DNA from: Octopus sinensis
Lineage: Eukaryota
Direction: 5' to 3'
DNA: 64,000 nt
Assembly: GCF_006345805.1 (NCBI RefSeq)
Contig: NC_043010.1
Coordinates: forward strand, 39,866,001-39,930,000
This document shows, in pieces, positions 40,367-53,863 of the stretch (position 1 is its first letter; every line of letters begins with the position of its first letter). The notes beneath the pieces were generated by a model that searched no databases, had not been told where the DNA came from, and worked only from the letters and a program-made list of their open reading frames with translations. The translations under genes and the position numbers were made by a program.

Positions 40367-40574
40367 ATAATATATTATATATATATATATATATATAATA
40401 TTATATATATATATATATATATAACGATATAATATATATATATATATACATATATACATACAAATATAATAGATAGAATATATATATATATATTATATAT
40501 ATATATTATATATATATATATATATATCTATATATCCACAAATATATTCACATATATATACCCAGAAATTACTC

Positions 40575-40814
40575 TACTTGTTTCAGTCATTTGACTGCGG
40601 ACATGCTAGCGCACCGCCCTTAGTCGAGCTAATCGCTCCTAGTCCGTATTCTTTGTAAGCCTCAGTAGTACTTATTCTATCGGACTTTTTTGCCGAACCG
40701 CTAAGTTTCGTGGACGTAAAGAAAGCAGCATCGATTGTGTGAAGCAATGCTAGGGGGACAAACATAAACACACAAACATACACAACACAACCCACATACA
40801 TATATTATATATAC

Positions 40815-40858
<44 letters not shown>

Positions 40859-41018
40859 GACGGCTTCTTCAGTTTCCGTCTACCAAAATCCACTCACAAG
40901 GCTTTGGTCGGCTCGAGGCTATAGTAGAACACTTGCCCAAGATGCCACGCAGTGGGACTGAACCCGGAATCATGTGGTCGGTAAGCAAGTTACTTACCAC
41001 GCAGTCAGGCCTGCGCCT
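40575..41018 (-). mobile_element. SINE family 1, near full length
   Basis: Same head, body and tail as 2721-3137. Confidence 0.85.
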
Positions 41019-41326
41019 TAACAAAACAGATAACATATACATAAACAAATACATAGTCTCACATTTAACATAGAAGGTTTTAGTGTCGTAAATTATATCA
41101 ATAGAAACAAATTATTGATTTGAATATGCGTATAGAAAGCAATACAAATTTATGAATCAGCTTTGTATGTAGGTAATTCATATTTCTTTCATAGATAAGT
41201 TAATTTTCAGATCCGAATAACTCCATTTAATACTTGCAAAACCTTGTTTGTGAGCTTCACTGTGTTTGGTTAACTTTACTTTCAGCAGGCACATAAACAC
41301 ACTACGCCGACACACAACACAGACTT

Positions 41327-41422
<96 letters not shown>

Positions 41423-42395
41423 ACATTGATAGACAGATATATAGACAGATAGATAGAGGTGTATATGAGTACATTTTAAATTTATGGCTAGAATTATTCA
41501 TAACCATGAAGTACTTAATTGCGAATTTCTATGTACCTACGACCTTGCATATCTCCTCTTGTCAATGTTGCGTCCATTTTGTTTGAAAGTAAAACTCTCT
41601 AACTTCTGTCACGTAGAATATTTTCCTCAAACTTTCTTAATTACTTTTAGATTCATTTCATTTCACAAAGCCTTGAGTTCCTTGGATATAAGCAAAATTA
41701 TATCTTAAGTAGAAATATTATATGAAAATATGTATTGATCGCCTTTTGAGGAAAATCGATGGCATCCAAATACAGCTGTTGTTGACCATATTAATCATTT
41801 AGTTCTCACATAAATTCAAACACCAATTAAACGATAGAGATTTCGGATAATAAATTAACGAGTCAAATTTTGCAAGGTGACCATCTTATATTAAAACATT
41901 TTCTTATGTTTTTCTCATAGACATATTCTGGCAGTCTGTTCAATATATCTTGTCTATAAATTTAATCTCTTGATATTTATGCTGGCAGAGTGTGTCTTGA
42001 AGGAATTTATAACACAACAGACCTTTTGGTCAAGATGGAGAAGTTTGTCTTTATTTCTTCTGCACATTGCAAATTGGCAATTTATCAAGTGTAAAAGTTC
42101 ATGCCACTTCCACGAGCAATAGCTTCAAAGGCGAGGTAAAGTAACCAAAGATTAGCTGCTGTTTGTTCGGTCGACACGCGGGAAAGAACTGCCAAATGCC
42201 AAATTCTGCCGAATTACTCCCAACCATCTTATGAAATTAAACAGACACGTTGGATAAGACAACTCTGATGTTATGCGCGCGCGTACAAAAACAAACAGAC
42301 ACACACAACCACACACACTTACATATGTATATATATATATATGACGATATAAAGGCATTATATATTGTATGTATTTATACGTATATATACGTATA

Positions 42396-42440
<45 letters not shown>

Positions 42441-44768
42441 CTTTTATTCTTTGACTGTTTCACTCATTTGACTGCAGCCTTGCTGGAGCACCGCTTCAAA
42501 TGGTGTTAGTCGCAGAAATCTATTCCAGGACACATTTTTGTAAGCCTAGCACTAATTTTATGTATATATATATATATTCTAAGCCCTGTAAAGAAAATTT
42601 GGAAAGTTGACACTCCAGCCAGTCTTTTTGCGATACCCTTTAAAGTCGGGAACCTTTCAACACACCCTCGTAAAATTTATGCATACATATGTATGCAGGT
42701 ACGTATATATATATATTATATATATATATAATTTCAGCATTCCAGCCAATCGGTACTTATAGTGAAACATCAATGTCGGGTCAATAATACCGCTATGGCG
42801 TGCAAACAATATTTCAAGACAAATACGTACTTGCTAATGTATATACAGATATGTACATCGGTTGTGCGTACAATCAAAATGGCCGACTGAATTCAAAACG
42901 ACTCTTCGATGTTGCTCATGTATACAAATACTGCACCCATCGTACAGGAGGCAATGAGCTCCTGATCCAAAGGAATTCCAGTATCCGGGAAAGATGAATG
43001 ATGAATAATTAACAACAGATTCATTGTAGGTCACTCCAACTGTTTCATATGTGTTTTTTATTGATGAATGTGTTACACCATGTGAAAATTTCCGTTTTCA
43101 TCGGATGAATATATGTAAGAATTAAGCATTTTGAACATATTAATAACAATCCAAAGCGCTATTTTGACTCTACTAACCAAAATTCTGTGAGAAAGGGAAT
43201 AAAAATTTTACTGTGTAGAATACAAAGAGGAAATCGTTAGGTGTCTGGATCGGGGAGGGGAGCCGAAGGTGACTCAAGTGGAAGGAGAAATACGGAAGAG
43301 ACGAGGGTTAAACAAATGTGTAGCATTGTGTTCTACTTGAAAAGAATCATAAGTAAGATAGCTTTGTCTCATTTGTAAACAGGCGCAAATTAAACACGAA
43401 TTTGATGATTCTTTCGAAACGGGAATAAAAATGCAGCCATCGCCTCGACCGAGGAAGTATTTGCAATATATAAAGATGAAATACAAAACAAATTATCTCC
43501 AAAATAATCAATGCCAAGCGGAAAGACCAGTTTTGAGCTTGGTGCCAAAGAATATATATATGATGAAGCGTTGTGATACAAGACATATATACATATATGT
43601 GTGTGATACAAGTCATATATACATATGTGTGTGCGTGTATGTAGACTACGAACTTAATAAAAAAATTATTAATATTAATTGTACAAAGCTAGTTCAAACA
43701 AAATGTGATATCCAATTAACCAAACAAACTAAAGATGTAATCTTGAGGTATGTTTACAAATATTTTTGCTTGAGGAGACCAAAATAGATTCGGATATGTC
43801 AAAACTATTTTTTGCAACGAATTTCAATTAATTCCTCCCTTCTTATCAAAGATGTGCAGAAATCAACCTGTTATATCTCATAGCAATAGAGAATAGCTAG
43901 TGAATCTCCACTGATGCTGCTTAGGTTATATAATCGAAGCGGTGAAAGTACAGGAGCACCAATATTTTATAGTAACAGACATGGTACTTCGACGGAGGTA
44001 ACAAAATTACCACCGACTGGTTTTGGTTCGGAGATGTTTGAATTGTGGCATGCAATGATTTTGAATAATAGTATGGGGTGTCTTACAAAACATTTGAATT
44101 GCATAGATAGTCCTAACGGTTACTCTAACAACTACAATTTCCGTTTTACTTAAAGCCTTAAACACTCATAACTTAAAATCCTTTTCTAAGAATTTGCATC
44201 TACGAACGGAATAGCGTCTTTAAACAGAATTCAAGTGCAACACTTAATAACAACCGTAAATACTGAGTATTTATTTGGCATCATACACTTTCACAGAGAA
44301 TCTATAACTTATTACCACCCCTTCAGCCAGCCCTATTAATGATCCCCATCTTCTCTACTCCTCAACCACCACGTAGCATATAAACAAATGGTATTAAAAC
44401 AAAAAGATAGACTAAATAAATAAATATAATGAGGCGAAGTAAATACGATGAATTTTTACTTGCCAAGCCACAAATAAACACGCGAAAATTCATCTGATAT
44501 TTCCTGGACCAGTGGAATAGTTGGCAAGCATCCAGGACATATAAACACACGCTCATCCCAAGCTATTAATTCTGAGCACTCCAGATTCCAGATTTTCAGA
44601 ATTTAATTTCTCATGTTACTTTTTTTTCCAATATTTTCCCTTACAGGAACCTCAATCTTTCTTTAAATAAAATTCTGAAATTATTTGCTTTTTTTCTTTC
44701 TAGTCGTCATCGTCATCATCATCATCATCATCATCATCACCACCATCACCATAATCATTACCTTCATT

Positions 44769-44802
<34 letters not shown>

Positions 44803-45072
44803 CCGTCGTCGTCGTCGTCGTCGACGTCATAACCGTCCTGTATATATATGTTTGTGATTACATATGTATATCCGCCATGATAGATCGCTAGCCACCAAAC
44901 ATTTTATATTTTCTCTCCCTGTTTATTTCTGTGTTTCTTTCTGTTGAAGAGCGTAGACTCGAAACATAAAGCACTTGGTCATTTCCTGAGCGTTAATCTA
45001 ATACATCTCTTGCTGTTTACACACCCGTTTTCATCTTTTGTTTTGTTTTGTTTTTTGTAAATTCTCACTATA

Positions 45073-45124
<52 letters not shown>

Positions 45125-45127
45125 GAT

Positions 45128-45679
45128 AATAAATTTCTGAGCGAGATATAAACAGTAACTGCTCTATAACATAAGGGGGATCAGCCATCTGAATGTGGCT
45201 AGGGACAGGGCGGGGTAGTGGGGGGTGTACTGATGCATTTAGCCCCAGGCGATCATCAACGTCACCAGAAGGGCTGACACCATCTCGTCACCAGAAGGGC
45301 TGATCCCCCTTATGTTATAGAGCAGTTACTGTTTATATCTCGCTCAGAGATTTATTATTGTTGTCGAACGGTTTTTCTACATCAGTGACTGTGGTTACTG
45401 TGAAAATCCATATATATCCAGCCTGTAGAGGAAGTCCCTCAACGAAGAACGGTGCTTACCATGCGTTGATAAGAGGCAAATACCTCGAAACCGGTCCGTA
45501 TGTAGTATCCGTATCTTCGGGGAGGCTGATCTCCCTTTGCAGGCTGGCAAGGACACCGAGATGATGTCAGCCCTTCTGGTGACGTTGATGATCGCCTGGG
45601 GCTAAATGCATCAGTAACACCCCCACTACCCCGCCCTGTCTCTAGCCACATTCAGATGGCTGATCCCCCTTATGTTATA
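45128..45679. mobile_element. Element E: 360-nt HHR monomer with terminal direct repeat plus junction-spanning inverted arm
   Basis: GGCTGATCCCCCTTATGTTATA at 45298 and 45658; 45128-45287 is the reverse complement of (45558-45657)+(45298-45356). Confidence 0.88.
45461..45501 (+). ncRNA. Minimal type I hammerhead ribozyme with U3-A8 core
   Basis: ATGCG-TTGATAA-GAGG-CAAATA-CCTC-GAAA-CCGG-T-C|CGTAT. 5-bp helix I, 4-bp helix II, palindromic ACCGGT helix III, GUC triplet. Confidence 0.8.
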
Positions 45680-45778
45680 TATACATGTATCTTAATCAAT
45701 GAAATTCTAACTTAGTCTGATTTTCCCTATATATTATTTGCAATTTTTTAAAAACTTTACAATTCTTTTAATATTGAA

Positions 45779-45820
45779 ATGAACTAGTACTTTCATGTGT
45801 TATACAATCATCAGGTTTAT
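45779..45820 (-). ncRNA. Minimal hammerhead-like motif I
   Basis: Minus strand: AAC-CTGATGA-T-TGT-ATAAC-ACA-T-GAAA-GTAC-T-A|GTT. Palindromic AGTACT, U.U mismatch at 10.1/11.1. Confidence 0.5.
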
Positions 45821-45873
45821 GTCGTGACAGTTCTGTTTCTCAATATTTATATATATATATATTATATATATAT

Positions 45874-46278
45874 GTGGCTGTGTGGTAAGTAGCTTGTTTA
45901 CCAACCACATGGTTCCGGGTTCAGTCCCACTGCGTGGCAACTTGGGCAAGCGTCTTCTACTATAGCCCCGGGCCGACCAAAGCCTTGTGAGTGGATTTGG
46001 TAGACGGAAACTGAAAGAAGCCCGTCGTATATATGTATATATATATATGCGTGTGTGTGTGTTTGTGTGTCTGTGTTTGTCCCCCTAGCATTGCTTGACA
46101 ACCGATGCTGGTGTGTTTATGTCCCCGTTACTTAGCGGTTCGGCAAAAGAGACCGATAGAATAAGTGCTGGGCTTACAAAAGAATTAGTCCCGGGGTCGA
46201 GTTGCTCGATTAAGGGTGGTGCTCCAGCATGGCCGCAGTCGAATGACTGAAACATGTAAAAGAGTAAAAGAGTAAAGA

Positions 46279-46279
<1 letters not shown>
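45874..46279 (+). mobile_element. SINE family 1, near full length
   Basis: GTGGCTGTGTGGTAAG head, GGTTCAGTCCC box, tail AAAAGAGTAAAAGAG. Confidence 0.85.
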
Positions 46280-46323
<44 letters not shown>

Positions 46324-47490
46324 ATCCAAACATGAAAGCACAAAAAACACAACAACGCGAGGATGTGGAACAATTATAGTATTATGGACGCTCAGGAAAG
46401 AAGGAAAGAAGGAGGGCTTAACGTTTCGAGCGGAGCTCTTCGTCGGAAACATAGGAGAAGGAAAGATCTAGAGAAGAGAAGACAATATATATATATATAT
46501 ATATATAATATATATATATATACGTATACATATAAAATTTCATATATGTATATGCATGAATATATATACAGTATATTTATATAAATATATATGTAGATGC
46601 GCGCGTAGAGTTTGACCGTACTTTTGTAATAGAACAGTTTATATGAAGCATTGTGAAATAGATTGAGAAATGTTTGAGAAATTTAGGCCAACGCAAGATA
46701 GAAATTCGTCACAGTCTATCGTTATAAATAAATAACTCTACATTTACAACAAAATACTTCGTATGTAAACGAATTAAATATTGATATTTTTTACGCTATT
46801 GATCACATAGTTCCCTCGACTGGAGTTGAACAGAGGCGATGCAACACCATCTATATTACCAAGCCTAAAGGTATTTTGTACGCTAGGTTATATACCCAAC
46901 CAATCATACAGTTTACATTGTTGATACTTCAAAACTCATAAAGTAGACACTTTTTTTCTCTCGTTTAAGAGAGAAAATGACGTGACCATACTCCAGACGT
47001 TTTATTGTTATTTGATTTTCTGTTTCAAATAAATTTATAGCATTGTACATACATCGTTTACTTGGCTATTTTTCGTTCTCCCTTAGAGTAGAATCACATA
47101 AAATTTCGGACTGGAAATATCTAGTGACAAAAATGAAAACATTTCTTAAAATAATAAAATAATAATGTAGTGATATATTCTATTTCATTTAATTTTGTTT
47201 CTGTTATTTGTTTACATCTATCACTTCCTAAATATTATTATAGTATATTTGTGTTTAAACATATGTATTTATATACCGATACAAACACACTCCAAACACG
47301 TCCTTCTATACATCCACACATCCACACACACACGCACACACACACACACATATATAGATATATATTTTTAAATATATGTATATTATATATGTAGATACAT
47401 ATATATTTATACTTATATATGTGTATATATATACATATATCTATGTATATATATATATCGGTACTTAGTTGTGCCATTTATTTACTAATT

Positions 47491-47598
<108 letters not shown>

Positions 47599-47670
47599 TA
47601 TATATTATTATATACATATATATAAATATACATACAAACATATAGAAACATATATTCCTGCATATATATA

Positions 47671-47703
<33 letters not shown>

Positions 47704-50700
47704 CATAAGAGCAAATAAATGGCACAACGAAGTACCAATATTCTTTACTGGAAAGCAATACTCTCGTATTGCATTACTATTTTTATATATAATATATATA
47801 TATATAGAATTTTACATAAATTTTTCCCTATACTACATCCATTTATATATCACTTTATATGCTATTGTGATATTGCCTCATATTTACGACGATCACGCGA
47901 TCGAAATTTGCATAAATGGCTGTGTAGTGGTAACTTTTAAAACCTCTTCGGATATAGTAAGGAGAAATAAGTTCCTGTGTCCCTAAAAAATCATACCGTA
48001 TCCCAGAACGCGTTAGGGATATATATTTCTCATTGATTTCTCAGTAACATGGATAGCAATATTAAAGCAAAATTTTCCGGAACGTAGTAGTTCGATAAAA
48101 AGGTGAGAAGACTGTATGTTTCAGGAATTGTAAGTAATAAATCATGACATATTACACCTGTTCTTTCGAAAAATCTACAAGATTCCGTGGAAAATATTCA
48201 TAATACTTAAGCTGCATTTTCTTAACTCTTTCTAAGATTTTGGTTTCTGTCTTCTGGTTTGTTTTTTCTCTGCTTTCTCTTATATCTTGCCATTGACATT
48301 GAACAGAGCATGGAAAAAAAAACAAAGAAGTCAGCGGAGAATTCGTTCTGTATTTTTTAAAGACATTTGGTTTTATGTGAATGTGTGCATTGGCGTTGTG
48401 TTGCCAGATTTCTAATTTGCTGTTCACACTCAGATATTTCCATAAATACCATGTTGCTGCAAATGATTATCGAAACATATTCTTAGTTGCTATCTAAGTA
48501 CTATTCGATAATCATTGAGAATAATCGCCAGGTTTCTCTTTATGGTCGGTAAGTTGATGATGCGCAGATTCATGGTTGTCGACTCCTGGTATTGGGGAAG
48601 AGATAATAATGGATCGATTGTTATAAAATACACTTCATTTTCAGTTATTTATTTCTACTCTTATGAATTCACATATTATTGATACCAATCACTGACTAAT
48701 TTTACACGGATACCCCACAGTAGGGTAGAAAAAAAACCTCGTGCTGGTGATTCTCTAGGTCTGCTTCAATATAAACATTCAGAAGAAAAAAACAATTTGA
48801 GGTAAAGGAATTACAACCGTGTTTCGTGGTCTGCTACCACAACAGCTCCTTTATAGGATCCAGTTAGCTCATGACATCATCAGGAGGAACCACGTCCGGT
48901 TTCGGCCCCTACTCCTCTACCGTTTTGACGCCCCACCCTCACCTTCGGTGATGTCTTCAGCTCTGGTTTTGGGTGCATGTCTTCTTTCGTCTGTTCCCTG
49001 GCCTCTTCGATGTATCTTCAGCGAGTGTCAGCCGGCGACTCACTGACTTGTCAAACGTTTCCCTTTAAATACCTGCCGCAAGTCTCCAGCAGGCAGCCCC
49101 AGCAAGTTGTCACGTGACACTGTCTCACCCTAACTAACTAGTGAAGGCACGTAGTTTTAGCCTGCGCTTTTTCTAAACGACCCTCACCTGTCAGTCAGCG
49201 AAGCTGATTATGTGTCAGCTTGTCTCAACTAATGTTGTCATTTCCCGCCGGCATGTTATGACTTTTAAGCGATTTCCGGTCTTCCCGCTTCAGTCATATA
49301 TAGAAGCTGGCTTTTTCGACCGCCTTCTGTACACTCCTTATTAGTTTTCGCAGCTCGGAGCTAGAAAAAACAAACATATAATAGAGTTTATAATTTACGT
49401 CGATGAAATATAGTCTCTTTCAAATAATTGAAACCCAGTGTGTTGCCAAGAAAAAAATTACAATCTCGTGTCTTTGATGTAATGACCAACTTCACAATAG
49501 TCGAAAGACAACCGGTACTTAGACAGAAGCCAGTTGTAACGCCTTCTTTGTTTGAAAACATTTTAGAAAAGGAACAAGTTACATCATTAGATTTTCCTTA
49601 TGAGAACATACATTAACGACGGTGTGATCCTATGTAAACCATCAATATCGCAATGCTACGTGAATTCTGAAAACTCTTGACTATTTGAAAATGTTTCTTG
49701 GTCTCAAATTCACTTAAGCGGTTCATGTTCTAAAACATCTCCTAAAAATTTTTGGGTTAAACAGTAATGTTTACCAATGTTTAACTTCGTTTGGAAGGAG
49801 GCACTTGTAATTATAATACAACACTTTTTTATTTGGAGAAATTACCGCACAGATGCATCAATTTGTGTAACTCAAACTTATATTATGGTGAACTATCATA
49901 AATGTTATTTACCAAGCTTTGATCAAACAATTGTGTACAGTTTTTATGTGAAAGTATAATGTGACTTGAGAGAATACCTCTTACTAAAGCTCGATATATG
50001 AAGCAAAGCATTTTTTTGCTTTAGCTTTTATGTACAAAAATGTATGCAAATGAAAGCAATAGTCGGAGTAAACTTCTGCTCGCAATGAAGCAAGCAGGAT
50101 TTGCCCATAGATGTTTGTTGATGGCTATAAAATTCTTATATGAAAAGTGGGTGCTATCACTGCATGGGTAATTAATTTACAAGTTACTGCTCACAGTAAC
50201 CTGAAAGAAAGAAAATATTCTCCTGGGTAGAATTAAAAAAAAAACAGAGGGGAAGAATGGGGAAAGGAGAAGGGAAAGGGGAGAGAAAGGGAGAGAGATA
50301 TAGAAGGACAGATGTTTCCCGCAAGGGAGCCTAGTAAAAGGCAAACCCCTCCATACTTGAGAAATATACGGTCATTGACTTATCGTATTCTGACAATCGA
50401 CAATGGGAAACCCCCCCCAAAATATCTACCTAATCTATTAACTTAGAAAATTAAAATCATTCGCACCACTGTTGCCTGAAACCGAAGAGGGTGGTACGTC
50501 TTGGATCAATTTTGATAAAAGAACACCTGCCAGAGTGGAATAGGCTGTGAGCCTGCAGTTGTGTGGTTCAGTAGTCTTCGTCATAAAGGCATAACGGCCT
50601 ATATTGTGCACAAGGAGAATACGTGTTCAAATATGCAACAAGGAAGTCTCTCCTGGAGATGACTAAAAATCTGTGCATGGCCAAGTATACAACCAACGAA

Positions 50701-51211
50701 GTGAATGATGACCACAAGTATACTCATTACAGGCGTCCTCTAAAATAACAACTGTGATATTTGAAAACTTAGAAATTAAAATCATTCCAAATTTTAGTCC
50801 TCAAACTCCATTGTCTGACGCTATGTGGAAACAGCGTGACGTGATACACATGTTATTCTAAAACGAAAAATGTAAAATGCGATGAATGAACATAAATCAG
50901 TGTCTCGGGGTGATTTTTGTAAATTTTCATTTGTCAACATTTTCCATCGGGTGCTCAGAATATTTTTCCCGTTTCATTCATTTATGGTGGATATTTTTGG
51001 TCTTCCGCAAATAAGTTATTGTATAGTAAAACGAGAAATGAAAAAAAAGCAAAATGCAAAATAGTAGAATAAAAATCTACCAGTTTTCTCTTAATTCGAT
51101 CGAGTACAGTAGAATAGATGTAGACGCATCATTTTGTACACAACTGCAAAAACAAATACTTAAGAAAAGATAATCTAATATAATAATAAACGTAGTATTT
51201 TTATATGTTTG

Positions 51212-51270
<59 letters not shown>

Positions 51271-52642
51271 TGCAAAATTACGGTGTAGGAAAAAGAGTAG
51301 TATAAGTGAAGGGGGAAGAGAGAAAATAGAAATTCAGTGAAGTAGTAATACGAGTAATAGCCCTGACTGAGAGAGAGAGAGTGAAAGAGAAAGTAATAGC
51401 AATGAGAGAAAAGAAGTGGCGAAGAACGCGTCTTGATTCTTCTATTTTTCTCCGTCACAACATATGAATGAGAAAGGAAGGGGTGAACAATAAATAACGA
51501 GGGAAGGGGTGAAAAAAATCAGCGTTTTGACTCTGTGTGAGTGTATGTATGTGTATGTAAAAGGGGGGTATGTGAATGTTTGTGTGTGTGTGTGTGTGTG
51601 GTGTGTGTGTGTGTTTGTAATGGAAATGGCATGGTGAAAGTTCAAGAAAAATCCAACAGCATTTCAAGTCTGTTTGAGTATATGTGTGTGCGTGTACATG
51701 GCAAGTGTGTGAATTTTTACAACTGTGATTATCATGTACCTTATTTTGTACCTTATTTATCTATAAAATACGCAGCTAATAAGATTATAATCGTTCATAA
51801 ATCAATAAATTTTAGAGAATTACAGGTTTTACTATCAACATCAGTGTTTCTCAACCGGGGTCCATATACGATTTTGTTAACGGTTAACTGCAAGATATTC
51901 GTTATACTTCCATAATAAACAAAATATTTTAAAAACTAATTTCTAGAATTCCTAATATTTAATCCAACAAATATAGTTTAAACATCGAACAGATAGGAGA
52001 GTTCATCGGAGTAAAACAGAAACCAAAGAGATAGAAAAGAATTCAGAAACACTGATTTAGGTGGTCCACATACAGAGTATAAATACCTGAGACTCCTAAT
52101 GTTAAGATATCTCTCGACAATTTCATCAATTTAGAAAGATTATAAATTACAATATAGCACGTCAACAAACCACAAAGAATTATTGTCTACACAGTATAGC
52201 TGGACTTATAGTTCCTAATGGCCGGAATATAAGATACGTTTATAAAGTCAAACAAATGTAAAACTATACAATGACATATCTGAATATGTAGTACACAGAG
52301 CTTACAGACTATATAGATTAAGGTATTTAAGGTTACGCATTAAACGAACTTAGGAGTATACCACGGAACGGCATTTAAAGTGATTAGAGATTATCTATAT
52401 ATGAAAATTCCGTCACTCGTGTTACCTATTCTCTTTGGGGCTTTTTTATATTCTTGGCCTCAATCTGTGAGCCACCTTCTCACTCTGAGACTGCTTCTTA
52501 AACGTTCCTTTAAATGTGAAAACCATAAACGAGAAAAAATGGTCATACAGATGCAATTTTAGGTATGCTAACTCTCGCATTCATATCCATATATTTATGC
52601 TTCGCTTTCACTCTCTAGATCTCTATTTATTTATCTATCAAT

Positions 52643-52680
<38 letters not shown>

Positions 52681-52706
52681 TATATACATATATACTTTTT
52701 TTCTCC

Positions 52707-52955
52707 TTTATGCGGCCTTTTAATGATTAGCCAGGCTCATGGACCCGGTTTCCAGGTTTCTATGGCGTATGTGTTCCCCAGCTGGACGGGGCACCAGTAC
52801 ATCGCAGCGTTACTCATTTTTGCCTGCTGAGTGGACAGGAGCAACGTGAAATGAAGTGTTTTGCTCAAGAACACCTCGGGTCGTTCGGACCAGGAATCGA
52901 AACCACAATCTTATGACCATGGTGCTGACACCCTAACCACTAAGCCACGCGCCTC
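52707..52955 (-). mobile_element. tRNA-derived SINE
   Basis: Reverse of the 28331 family: GGCGCGTGGCTTAGTGGTTAGGG...GGTTTCGATTCC. Confidence 0.8.
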
Positions 52956-52996
<41 letters not shown>

Positions 52997-52997
52997 C

Positions 52998-53075
<78 letters not shown>

Positions 53076-53629
53076 TAGGCAGAGACAGTGACAGACAGAC
53101 AGCGATTTTCATATTTCTTTAAAATTACTTCTGTCTGGTATTTTCATCAGATGACTGTTGTACGATCGTTACCCGAATCTCATTTGCAGAAAGGGTGATG
53201 GTGGCCTTAAATATCTAACACTTGAATGTCAATCAATCTCTTATTGCAATCTTTGAAGATACGTGACAATATTATGAAGTAATATTCGCACGAATTCACC
53301 AATTATGAATAATCCGACGAGAGAGGATTTACCGGTTTGTATAATGCCATAATTTGAAAATATATCGAGACAGAAAAATCGTACTTTAATTACATGACGT
53401 GAGAGAAGTGACAGACAGTTCTCTATCACAATGCTACAAATCATTGGACAATTTCTATTAATTTAAATACAACTGTCCATGTCATTCGTCATCCACTCGT
53501 AACGGATTTAAGACGCATGATTTATGCATTCGTAACCAGAATGAATATAATCCTTTATACGTTAAAATCATATTTCGATATTACTACGGATATATACATA
53601 AATATATACAAATCGGTATATATATGTGT

Positions 53630-53704
<75 letters not shown>

Positions 53705-53804
53705 TATGTGTGTATATGTATGTGTGTGTGCGTGTGCATGTATGTATGTTTATGCGTGTGTGTGTATAGATATATGTACGTATATATCTATTTATCTATC
53801 TATC

Positions 53805-53863
<59 letters not shown>

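Noticed and set aside
43906-43956. CTCCA-CTGAT-GCTGCTT..AAGCGGT-GAAA-GTAC-AGGAG HHR-like relic
   Set aside because: The core lacks G8/A9 and the UH cleavage site is missing; too degenerate to call.
48800-49350. GC-richer island as a promoter or solo LTR
   Set aside because: No paired LTR, TSD or recognisable ORF; composition alone is not enough.
48152-49616. Short ORFs 48152-48427 and 49428-49616 as host exons
   Set aside because: No recognisable domain or consistent splice structure.
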